DNA from: Pristiophorus japonicus
Taxonomy: Eukaryota
NCBI RefSeq assembly: GCF_044704955.1
Contig: NC_091999.1
Coordinates: forward strand, 10,850,001 to 10,914,000
Direction of reading: 5' to 3'
Length of the DNA: 64,000 nucleotides
Shown here: piece after piece, positions 47,750 to 59,999 of the stretch
How the letters are laid out: each line of letters begins with the position of its first letter
Numbering within the stretch: the stretch's first letter is position 1
Notes under the pieces: generated by a model
Database searches by the model: none
Seen by the model: the letters and a program-made list of their open reading frames with translations, nothing else
Told to the model about the DNA's origin: nothing
Made by a program: the position numbers and the translations under genes

Positions 47750-50700
47750 TGATTTGCACATGAATCACAGAAAATTAATATGCAGTTACAGCAAGCTTTG
47801 GAAGACAAATGGCATATTAGCCTTTATTGCAAGGCATTAGAGGAAATGTCTTAGGAAATCTTGCTGCAAATAAATTCAGTTTTGGCGAGACCATACCGGG
47901 AGTACTGTGTTCAGTTTTGTACTCCTTATCAGAGGAGGGAAGTGCTTGCCATTTATTCAACGAAGGTTCCCTAGATTTAATTGCTAAAAAGAAAAGGCTC
48001 TTCTATGAGGAGAAGTTTCGTGGAAATACTTTATGTTCTCTGCCCTTTAGAAGAATGAGATGTGATCTCATTGAAACGTATGAACTTTTTAGAGGTCTTG
48101 ATTTGATAAATGCTGAGAGGTTGTTTCCCCTACCTGGAGAATCCAGAATTAGGGTTTCTAAAAACATAAGAACTTAAGACATATGAGCAAGAGTAGGCCA
48201 GTTGGCCCCTCAAACCTGCTCCACCATTTACTAAGATCATGGCTGATCTGATCATGAGCTCAGCCCTACTTCCCTACCCGCTCCCTTAACCATTTACTCC
48301 ATTATCGCCCAAAAGTATTTCTACATCCACCTTAAATATATATTCAATGGCCTCGCCTGCACAGATCTATTGGGCAGAGAATTCCGCAAATTTACAATCC
48401 TTTGAGAGAACAAATTCCGCCTCATCTCAGTTTTAAATTGGCGACACCTTATTCTGAAACGAAGGCCCCTAGTTTGAGATTTTCCCACGATTGCAAACAT
48501 CATCTCTGCATCGAGCTTGACGAGACCCGTCAGTATCTTATATATCTCAATAAGATCACATCTCATTATGTTGAACTCCAATGATTATAGGCCCAACCTG
48601 CTTAACCTTTCTTCATAAGTCAACCCCTTCATCTCATGAATCAATCTCGTGAACATTGTCTGAACTGCCTCCAATGCAAGTATATCCCTCCTTAAATAAG
48701 GAGAGCAACACTGTACTCAGTACTCAACATAAGAACATGAGAACATAAGAACATAAGAATTAGGAACAGCAGTAGGTCATCAAGCCACTCGGGCCTGCTC
48801 CGCCATTCAACAAGATCATGGCTCTAGGTGTGGCCTCACCAGTAACCTCAACAGTTGTAGCAGGAATTCTCTGGTTTTATGCACGACCCCCTTGCAATAA
48901 AGGCCAACATTGAAGTTGCCTTCATGCTTATTTGCTGTACCTGTATACTAACTTTGTATGCTTCATGTACAAGGATGCCCAGGTCCCTCTGCACTGCAGA
49001 ATTTTCTAAGTTCCTCCATTTAAATAAGAATTTGCTTGTTTATTATTTCTGCCAAAGTGGATAACCTCACACTTTCCCACATTATACTCCATAGTCTCAG
49101 GCTCCTCACGGATCCGGGAACAACAGCCTCGCACGGGTGGTGGGATTTGCTAGTGCTGATGGGCAGGTATGAATAAGCTTGCAGGGGATTGCAAACCTGA
49201 GAGTAGATTCAGAAGGGAGATAATCAATGCTGGAATTGCATAGCAGCAAATGTGAAAATGACATTGAAGGTAGCGGAAAAAAAGACTGGAAAATAAACGG
49301 AGTTTTGGCACTGCTAAAGGGTGTATACTCAAAGCAAGGAGTCGACGGAATAATGCAGATGAGATGAGAGCACATATCTTATTTGGTCTTATTTGCTGAT
49401 CCTTGTACCATATCATCCCTCCACATAGCTGCAATTGATTGTTCCTACAGTTGTACAGGGCCTTGGTGAGGCCACACCTGGAGTATTGGAGTATGATATT
49501 ATCGCTATTTCTGACACATGGCTGAGAGAAGGGTAGCTATGTCAGTTCGACATTCCTGGTTACTGGGTTTTTAGAAGTGATAGAGATGTAGCTAAACATA
49601 GAAACATAGAAACATAGAAAATAGTTGCAAGAGTAGTTCATTCGGGCCTTCGAGCCTGCACCACCATTCGTATGATTATGGCTGATCATTCCCTCAGTAC
49701 CCCTCAGCTAAAACGGAGGAGGGGTTGCAGCATTGATTAAACAATCTATTACAGCTGTGCGGAGGGATGATATGTTCGAATGATCAACAAATAAGACCAT
49801 ATGGGGTGAAGTTAAGAAAGAAAAAGGGGCAATCACATTGCTGGGAGTGAACTGTTGACCCTCAAACAGTCAGAGAAAGAAAGAAGAGCAAATGTGCAGG
49901 TACATTTCTGAGAACTACAAAAACTATAGGACAATAATAGTAGTAGACTTCTACTACGCCAATATTAACTGGGACAGAATAAATGTGTAAAGTGTGGAGT
50001 GCGCAGGTTTCGAAAAAAGTATTCAGGAGAGCTTGTTGCCAGTGTGTAGCAAGCCGAGGACGGGAGGATTCTGCACTTAATTTTAGCGAACATAGAAACA
50101 TAGAAACATAGAAAGTAGGTGCAGGAGTAGGCCATTCGGCCCTTCGAGCCTGCACCGCCATTCAATGAGTTCATAGCTCAACATGCAACTTCAGTACCGC
50201 ATTCCTGCTTTCTCGCCATACTCCTTGATCCCCCTAGTCGTAAGGATTACAGCTAACTCCTTTTTGAATATATTTAGTGAATTGGCCTCAACAACTTTCT
50301 GTGGTAGAGAATTCCACAGGTTAACCATTCTCTGGGTGAAAAAGTTTCTCCTCATCTCGGTCCTAAATAGCTTACCCCTTATCCTTAGACTGTGACCACT
50401 GGTTCTGGACTTCCTCAACATTGGGAACATTCTTCCTGTATCTAACCTGTCTGAACCTATCAGGATTTTAAATGTTTCTCTGAGATCCCCTTTCATTCTT
50501 CTGAACTCCAGTGAATACAAGCCCAGTTGATCCAATCTTTCTTGAGATGTCAGTCCCACCATCCCGGGAATCAATCTGGTGAACTATCGCTGCACTCCCT
50601 CAATAGCAAGAATGTCCTTCCTCAAGGTAGGAGGCCAAACCTGTACACAATACTCCAGGTGTGGCCTCACCAAGGCCCCGGTACTAAAATCCCATCGCTA

Positions 50701-53700
50701 TGAAGGCCAACATGACATTTGCTTTCTTAACCGCCTGCTGTGCCTGCATGCCAACCTTCCATGACTGATGTACCATGACACCTAGGTCTCGTTGCACCTC
50801 CCCTTTTCCTAATCTGTCACCATTCAGATAATAGTCTGTCTCTCTGTTTTTACAACCAAAGTGGATAACCTAACATTTATCCACATTATACTTTATCTGC
50901 CTTGCATTTGCCCACTTACCTAACCTATCCAAATCACTCTGCAGCCTCATAGCATCCTCCTCGCAACTCACACTGCCACCGAACTTAGTGTCATCCGCAA
51001 ATTTGGAGATACTACATTTAATTCCCTCGTCTAAATTATTAATGTACAATGTAAACAGCTAGGGCCACAGCACTGAAATTCGCGGTACCCCACTAGTCAC
51101 TGCCTGCCATTCTGAAAAGTACCCATTTACTCCTACTCTTTGCTTCCTGTCTGCCAACCTGTTCTCAATCCACGTCAGCACACTACCTCCAATCCCATGT
51201 GCTTTAACTTTGCACATTAACCTCTTGTGTGGGCCCTTGTCGAAAGCATTCTGAAAGTCCAAATGCACCACATCAAATGGTTCTCCCTTGTCCACTCTAC
51301 TGGAAACATCCTCAAAAAATTCCAAAAAATTTGTCAAGCATGATTTCCCTTTCACAAATCCATGCTGACTTGGACCTATCATGTCATCTCTTTCCAAATG
51401 CGCTGCTATGACATCCTTAATAATTGATTCCATCATTTTACCCACTACCGATGTCAGGCTGACCGGTCTATAATTCCCTGTTTTCACTCTCCCTCCTTTT
51501 TTTAAAAAGTGAGGTTAGATTAGCCACCCTCCACTCCATAGGAACTGATCCAGAATCTATGGAATGTTGGAAAATGACTGTCAATGCATCGCTATTTCCA
51601 AGGCACCTCCTTATGTACTCTGGTATGCAGTGCATCAGGCCCTGGGGATTTATCGGCCTTCAATCCCATCAATTTCCCCAACACAAATTCCCGACTAATC
51701 AGGATTTCCCTCAGTTCCTCCTTCTTACTAGACCCTCTGACCTCTTATATCCGGAAAGTTGTTTGTGTCCTTCTTAGTGAATACCGAACCAAAGTACTTG
51801 TTCAATTTATCTGCCATTTCTTTGTTCCCCGTTATGACTTCTCCTGATTCTGACTGCAGAGGACCTACGTTTGTCTTTACTAATCTTTTTCTCTTTACAT
51901 ATCTATAGAAACTCTTGCAGTCCATCTTAATATTCCCTGCAAGCTTCCGCTCGTACTCTATTGTCCCTGCCCTAATCAAAACCTTTGTCCTCTTCTGCTG
52001 AGTTCTAAATTTCTCCCAGTCTCCGGGTTCACTGCTATTTCTGGCCAATTTGTATGCCACTTCCTTGGCATTAATAATATCCCTGATTTCCCTTGATAGC
52101 CACGGTTGAGCCACCTTCTCTTTTTTATTTTTACGCCAGAGAGGAATGTACAATTGTTGTAGTTCATCCATGCGGTCTCTAAATATCTGCCATTGCCCAT
52201 CCACTGTCAATGCCTGAAGTATCATTCGCCAATCCATTCTAACCAATTCACTCCTCATCGCTTCAAAGTTTCCCTTCTTTAAGTTCTGGACCATGATCTC
52301 TGAATTAACTGTTTCATTCTCCATCCTAATGTAGAATTCCACCATATCATGGTCACTCTTTCCCAAGGGGCCTCGCCCAACGAGATTGCTAATTAATCCT
52401 CTCTCATTATACAACACCCAGTCTAAGATGGCCTCCCCCCTTGTTGGTTACTCGACATATTGGTCTAGAATACCATCCCTTATGCACTCCAGGAAATCCT
52501 CTTCCACCGTATTGCTTCCCGTTTGGTTAGCCCAATCTATATGCAAATTAAAGTCACACATTATAACTGCTGCACCTTTATTGCATGCATCCCTAATTTC
52601 CTGTTTGATGCCCTCCTCAACATCACTACTACTGTTTGGTGGTCTGTACAAAATCCCACTAACTTTTTTTGCCCTTTGTTTTCTGCAGCTCTAAACATAT
52701 AGATTCCACATCATCCAAGCTAATGTTCTTCCTAACTATTGCATTAATCACCTCTTTAACCAGCAATGCTACCTCAGCTCCTTTTCCTTTTATTCTATTC
52801 TTCCTTAATGTTGAATACCCATGGATGTTGAGTTCCCAGCCCTGATCATCCTGGAGCCACGTCTCTGTAATCCCAATCACATCATATCTGTTCAGATCTA
52901 TTTGCACAGTTAATTAATCCACCTTATTACGGTTACTCCTTGCATTAAGACACAAAGCCTTCTGGCTTATTTTTTTAACAACCTTTGTCCTTTTAGAATT
53001 ATGATGTAGTGTGGCCCTTTTTGTTTCTTGCCTTTGTTTACTCGGCCTTCCACTATTGCTTTTTACATTTCTACCATCTGTTTCTGACTACATATTACTT
53101 CGCCGTATCTCGCTGCATAGGTTCCCATTCCCCTGCCATATTAGTTTAAACACTCCCGAACTGCATTAGCAAATGATACCCCTAGGACATCAGTTCCAGT
53201 CCTGCCCAAGTGCAGACTGTCACTTTTGCACAGGTCCCACTTCGCTCAGAACTGGTTCCAATTTCCCAGGAATTTGACTCCCTCCCTCTTGCACCACTGC
53301 TCAAGCCACGTATTTATTCTAACTATCCTGCTCCCTCTGCTCTGATTAATACGTGGCACTTGTAGCAATCCAGAGATTACTACCTTTGAGGTTCTACTTT
53401 TTAATTTAACTCCGAGCTCCCAAAATTCAGCTTGTAAGACCTCTTCCCGCTTTTTACCTTTATCGTTGATACCTACATGTACCACGACAACTGGCTGTTC
53501 ACACTCCCTCAACAGAATGCTCTGCAGCCGCTCCGAGACATCCTTGAAGCTGGGCAGATGGAAGGGACATCAGTGGGACAGCAATTTGGTGCTAATGATC
53601 ATAATTCAGTTACATTAAGGATCATTATGGAAAAGGACAAAGATACACCAAGTATAACAATTCTCAATTGGTGGAAAGCCAAAGTGGATTGGAAACTGCT

Positions 53701-56080
53701 ACTTGAAGGTACATCATTGTCAGAGCAGTGAGAGGCATTCAAGGTCGAGAACCTGAGAACAAGTTTGTTCCTTTAAATTAAAAGGTTGGGACTAACAAAT
53801 ATAGAGCATCCAGGATGTCAAGCAGCATATATGGTAGGATAAAGAAACAAAGGGATGTTTATGACAGATTTCGAGGGCCCAATACTGCAGAAACCCTAGA
53901 GGAGTATAAAAAGTGCAGTGGTGAAATTAAAACGGAAATTAGGAAAGGAATGAGATGAAAAAAAGATTGGCAGGTAAATCTAGGAAAAGCCAAAAATGTT
54001 TTAGAAACAGATTAAGAGCAAGAGGATAGAAAAAGAGTAGAGCCTGTTCGAGCCCATAAAGGTAATCTGTATGTGGAGGCAGATGACGTGAGTGTGATTC
54101 TTAATGAATACTTTGCATCTGTTTTCACAACATAGAGGGGTGAAACAGACATTACAATCAGGGAGGAGGAGTGTAAAATATTAGCTTAAATAACACTTTG
54201 AGAGAGGAATTGTAAACAGGTTTAGCAGCTTTGAGAGTGGATAAATGCGCAGGCTCGGATGAAATGTATCCCAGGCTGTGAAGAAAAGCTCACTTGGAAA
54301 CAGCAAAGGCTCTGACCATCATTTTCCTAAACTCTCTGGCTACAGGTGGCCGGAGGACGAGAGGACTGCTCATGATGTACCTTTGTTTAAAAAGGGAGAT
54401 CGTGACAGGCAGAATAATTATATGCCAGTAAGCCTAATCTCGGTGGTGGAAAAATTATTGGAATTAACTTTGAGGGACAGGATAAATCTTCATTGAGAAA
54501 GACACGGATTAATCAATGATGGTCAGCATGGATTTGTGAACGGAAGTTCGTGTCTGACTAACCTGATACAAATGTTTGAGGAGATAAGAAGAAGGGTCAA
54601 TCAGGGTAGTAGTTTAGATATACTGTATATGGATTGAAGCAAGGCTTTTGATAAGGTCCCACATGGAAGACTTGTCACGAAAGTAAACGCCCATGTGATC
54701 CAAGCCAAAGTGGCAAGTTAGATCCATGTTTGGCCCAGAGGCAGGAAGCAAACAGTAATGCTCTTTGGGTGTTTTTTGTGACTGAAAGGCTGTTTCCAGT
54801 GCCGTTCATCAGGGGTCAGTAGTAGGTCCATTGAGTTGTGTGGTTTATGTCAATGATTTAGATTTGAATGTAGGGTCTATGATTAAGAAGGTTGCAGATG
54901 ATACAAAAATTGTTCGTGTGGTTGATGACGAGGAAAATTATGTAACCTGCAACAATATATCAATGCAGTGGTCAGGTGGAAACGACAGTAGCAAATGGAA
55001 TTCAAACCTGAAAAGCGTGAGGTAATGCATTTGGGGAGGTGTAACAAGGCAACGTAATACACATTCAATGGTAGGAAAATGAGAAGTGTTGAGGAACATA
55101 GGGACCTTGGAGCACATTTCCATGTATCCCTGAAGTTAGCAGCCCATGTATATCATGTGGTTAAGAAGGCATACAGAATACTTGCCTGATTAGAAGCAAT
55201 ACAGGATATTATCGCGTGAAATCTATAAAACACTAGTTAGGCCACAGCCAGTGTACTACGTACAGTTCTGGTCACCACATTACAGGAACGTGATTGCACT
55301 CGAGAGGGTACAGACGATATTTGCGAGGATGCTGCCTGGACTGGAGAGGTTTCGCCATGAGGAAAGATTGGATAGGCTGGTTTTGATTTCTTTGGAGAAA
55401 GGAAGTTGAGGGAGACCATATTAAGGTGTATAAAATGATTGGTGACCCTATGTAGTGTAAATAGGCGCACCTATTTCGCTTAGTGGAGGGGTCAACAACC
55501 AAGAGGCATAGATTTAAATTAATAGGGAGGCGGTTTCGAGGGGATTTGAGGGAAAATTGTTTCACCCAGTTGGTGTGATTTTGAACCCTCTGCCTAAAAG
55601 CTTGTAGGGCCAGAAACCAGCATATCACTTTAAAAATATTTGGATGTACTTTTGAATTTTCGAAACCTAACAGGCTATGGGCCAAGAGCTGGAATGTGTG
55701 TTCAGGCTGGATTGCTCTTTGTCGGCCGAGGCGTAACCACTGGGCAGAGAAGGGCTCTTTCCATGCTTGAAGTTGGAAGGTGTGGTCTATGATTCTTTGC
55801 TAAGGGCTCAGGCATTTAGGTCTGCAGTGAGGAGCAATTTCTTCACTCAGAAGGTTGTGAAATGTTATTAATCTCTGCACTAGAGTCCTATGGATGCTGC
55901 ATGGTGGAGTATGTTCAAGACTGAGTTATATAGATGATTGGGTAGTAATGGAATCAAGGGATATGGAATTTGGGCAGGCATGTGGATTTGACGTGCAAGT
56001 TCAGCCATGATCTTATTCAATGCAGGAGCTGGCTCGATGGAAGGTGTGGTCTATTGCTGCTCCTATTTCTTATATTCTTA
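47750..56080. mobile_element. Nested CR1 cluster paralogous to 17190-21720
   Basis: Same order of plus/minus/plus CR1 pieces, with extra younger insertions. Confidence 0.85.
50091..53546 (-). mobile_element. Long, relatively young CR1 (partial ORF1 esterase + full-span disrupted ORF2 APE-RT + tail)
   Basis: 'VVVHVGIND..VVISGLL' (SGNH esterase), 'IGITETWL', 'YRPP', 'SDHDMV', 'NYRPVSLTSVVGK', (CATAGAAA)3 tail. Confidence 0.93.
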
Positions 56081-56549
56081 CTAAAGCAATTCCATGTATG
56101 TGGGTTCTTCAAATTTTTCCCAGAGCCTTTTCCAACTGATTATCTCCTGGTCTCTCCATGAATTTCTCTCCCAGTATCTCTATCTTTGTTTCTCGCCGTA
56201 TCTTTCCCTTAACCTTCAACTATTTTTCTCACTCTGTCTTTTAGTAAATGACAGATTGAAAAGGAAGTAGGAAGACGTCACCTCACGTACTGCAGCCTTT
56301 CAAAAAGGCAGCCCGTCACCAACTTCTCAAGGGTACTTAGGAATGAACAACAAATGCTGGCCTTGCCATCGAGGCCCCTCTCCCGTGAAATAATAAAAAC
56401 CCGGAATGGGCCTCCAGGTACTGGTTTTTTATGTCAGTAGTGTTTATGCAGTGAACATGTCCAATTGTTTTTTTTTTAATCCTCTCCTGGGAGATTACAT
56501 TCAATTAGCTGATGGTTGCTGTTGTCGGAGGGCAGTGTCGTCAACACTG

Positions 56550-56697
56550 TGTTTACGAAAGAGTCCGATTAAATACTGTGAGCACAAAGTAACGTGTGAC
56601 CTTAATCTTTTATTGCAGGTCTCCAGAGTGCCTCTCCAACCTGTGAGGCCTTCTTAAATACCTGCGCTCCCGCTGGATTATGGGATCCCTTGCGACT
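56550..56697. mobile_element. Partial LTR-like insertion
   Basis: Absent from paralogous site near 33820; contains tttatt/ttaaata motifs; no clear TSD. Confidence 0.5.
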
Positions 56698-57238
56698 CAG
56701 CTCATGACACCTATATCCCACCTCTGCCGCAACAACATATCTCAAACCTTCCCCCATTCATTTCAAGTCCTTCCCATTCAAAACTCACTTTATTGACTCT
56801 ATTTAAATGGTGGAGAAGTACTAGCGTCAATCCAGCTAACCTGTGCAGTCCCATCAGATGTAATAGATCTCCATCATTTCTAACCCACCGTTTTCAAAAG
56901 CAAGTCCCAGAGGGAGATAGGCCAGTGTTTATCCCACTGCCCAATCAGACAGAGGAGATCTCTGCTCTCAGTTTCTCTGGAATTTCTGTAGTTACCCGCA
57001 GTTACTGCATGAGTTAATGGTAAATTTGTCGGATTTGTTTCAAGAGGATAAATGATAAACTGAGCAACCAGCGTGTGTTACTGAGAACTAGAATTCTTCC
57101 CTGGCCCTCAGTGAGGACATAAAAGATACTTACCATTATATCTGAAAATCATATCGTCGAATACACATCAAAATAACCCCGAAATCATCGAGAATCCAAT
57201 AATATTCTTGATCCATTAGGATTAAATAGGGAAACGCC

Positions 57239-57495
57239 ATGAATGGAATTATAATTTTCACTTTATTGATTTTAAGTGAGTGTTGATGTGTTGAAAAGCA
57301 TTTGCGGTTAAAACTAATTTATTCTGTCTAATTTTCCACCTCCTTTGTATCTGCAGTTTTCAGTGGCGAGGCTGTGATCCACGAACCACAGCAGGTGTTT
57401 GCACAAGAGGGAGAATCGATTAAAATCCCGTGCAATGCAAGCACCAGCGGCTCTAATGGTATATTATGGTGCAGACAACTACAGAACACTGGCCT
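57239..57495 (+). pseudogene. TCR V pseudogene (family E) truncated by satellite
   Basis: Leader MNGIIIFTLLIL|GTGAGT; AQEGESIKIPCNASTSGSNGILWCRQLQN, then satellite. Confidence 0.82.
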
Positions 57496-58135
57496 TGCCC
57501 TGGGAGTCTTTATTTGGAGAGTACAGAGGGTGGGGGGTGGGGGCGGGGGGTGAGGGGGTGGGGGTGATTACTGTGTATCTAACCCGTGCTGTACATGCCC
57601 TGGGAGTGTTTGAAGCGACAGTGTAGAGGGAGCTCTACTCGGTATCTAACTCCGTGCTGTACCTGCCCTGGGAGTCTTTGATAGGACAGTGTAGAGGGAG
57701 CTTTACTCTGTATCTAACCCACTGCTCTATCTTCCCTAGGATTGTTTGATGATACAGTGCAGAGGCAGGTTTACTCTGTATCTAACACGGGCTGTACCTG
57801 CCTGGGGAGTGTTTGAAGGGACAGTGTAGAGGGAGATTTTTCTGAATCGAAAACTTGCTGTACCTGCCCTGCGAGTGTTTGATGAGAGAGTGTGGAAGGA
57901 ACTTTACAGTGCATCTAAGTCGTGCTTTACCTGTCCCGGGAATGTTTGATAGGACAGTGTAGAGAGACCTCTACTCTGTATATAACCTGTGCTTCACCTG
58001 CCCTGGGAGTGTTTGAGGGGCCAATGAAGTGGGATCTTTACTCTGTATCTAAGCTGTGCTGTACCTGTCCTGGGAGTGTTTCACGGGACAGTGTAACGTG
58101 AGCGTTACTATCGATCTAACCCATGTTGTTCCTGT
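57496..58135. repeat. About 67-bp tandem satellite, about 9 units
   Basis: Unit tgccctgggagtgtttgatgggacagtgtagagggagctttactctgtatctaacccgtgctgtacc recurring every 67-68 bp. Confidence 0.92.
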
Positions 58136-58929
58136 GTGGAAATGTTTTATTTGAAATATTGATGAACTTGATGAGGAATTGATGATGATAGTGTTTTGAT
58201 TCATCTTTCAGTTTAATCGTCAAGAGCGAAAAGTTAATCACCTTTGATTCATGGAGTTACTGTGCTTGGTCTCCATATTGGATGATTAGGAATGTCGAAT
58301 GAGTTCCCTTTTTACGAAATTAAAATTCCACAGTTATGAATAGCGCTATTATTAACCTGAAGTCCATCTAGTTTAGGCAAATGAACGCATAGTTCTGTTG
58401 GTGAGCTGCACAAAACTGAAACATGAAATTTCAGAATTAATATAAATAGCGTGATAGCAAAACCAGTACATTAAAATGGCAGAAGTTACAGTCATAATCT
58501 TAAGAAAATAATAACAATAATAACCTGGCATAATAATAATGCAGAATAATCATGCAGCAGTGTTCTTTATGAATTGAGAATTAATGTTTCACAGTGCGGA
58601 TTCCTTCTACATCCTGGCGCCACTTGATGGTGCTCCAAAACCTCATATTTGTCCAAAACTTACAGATCAGACAGTTTCACGGTTTCACGGGTGACAGCTG
58701 GGGATTCCCGGAAACACTTCTGTGTCTAATTGCTGCACATAGTATTGTATTCGGGCAGGAGTCTATTCATAAACAATAGCTGTTACGGAGTGGGACAAGA
58801 GACTGACAGTGAAACTCCGGTATTTCTCTATTTCATGGTCCAATATCACTGCGAGGTCCGATGGGGGAGGGTAACAATTATTCAATCCAAAATTATACTT
58901 CAGTGTGTCATAAACAGACAGTTGTGTCG

Positions 58930-59260
58930 ATCTTACACTAGGCCCTGTGTCAGCTTTTACTGTACAAGACAGGTATATATTTATATTACACAAAGCCCTG
59001 TCTCAGTTGTTAATCTACAAGACCGTGTCTCTATTATTATGACATGAGATCCTGTCGCTCTTTATATGACACGAGACCATGTCTCTGTTTATATTTCACT
59101 GACAGTGTCTCAGTTATTACTGTACTGGACCACGTCTGTCTTTATATTACATGGGATCCTTCGCTGTTTATATTACACCAGTCCCTATATCTGTTCACAT
59201 CACATTAAACCAAGTCTCTATTTATATCACACGAGGCCCTGTCTCTGTTTATATTAAATT
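58930..59260. repeat. Degenerate ~26-27-bp minisatellite
   Basis: Units like atattacacgaggccctgtctctgttt. Confidence 0.75.
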
Positions 59261-59999
59261 AGGTTCTACACCTCACCAAACTTTCCAGCGACAACTTTTA
59301 TCGCTTTTATCGATTAAGAAATCGAAATTATTTTCGTGTAAATTGACGTGTTTCAATCGAGCCATTTTATGTAAAATAACGGAAGCTATTCACAAAGTGT
59401 AACGTCACGCAAACATGGCGGACTGTACGTCACAAAATGTTGCCCGCTGATGTGCCCAGCAGTGGATGACGCCATAATCCTGTTCCACGTAACAGCGCCA
59501 TGATTGGCTGTTTCTCCCATTGATTCAGGGTCAGGGGTTACGGGCCGTTTGCTGCAGAGCACACGAGTCCCATGTGGTGCGGTCTGTGACCGCTGACTTA
59601 GGGCTGTGACCACGGGGTCTCAGCTCTTGAAAGTGCCTAGCGCCGCCCGAGTTGTTTCTGTTAGTTTTGATACTTGATGGGAATTTGAAGAAGAATAAGA
59701 ATGGGAATAAAATTTAATTTAACTCTTTAAGTATTCCTTCATTCAATAGGTCGTTTAACCGCATATACTCATATTGGCTAATAATCGACATCGTGAATTA
59801 GGATCAGTTATCCTACAGTCGAACGTGTTATTATATAATGTAATTTTGAAAATGAAGACAATATTGATTTTATTTATTTCTGTATGCCAACATAACAAAG
59901 CAGTCGGAATATAGCAGTCGGTAATTCATCCGCTCAAGTCTTTCCATCATTCTAAAAATCTACTGCCAATCTCTGGCAGCAACCAGAAATAAATGTCAT

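Noticed and set aside
57496-58135. CRISPR-like regular repeats
   Set aside because: Whole units repeat with no unique spacers; eukaryotic satellite
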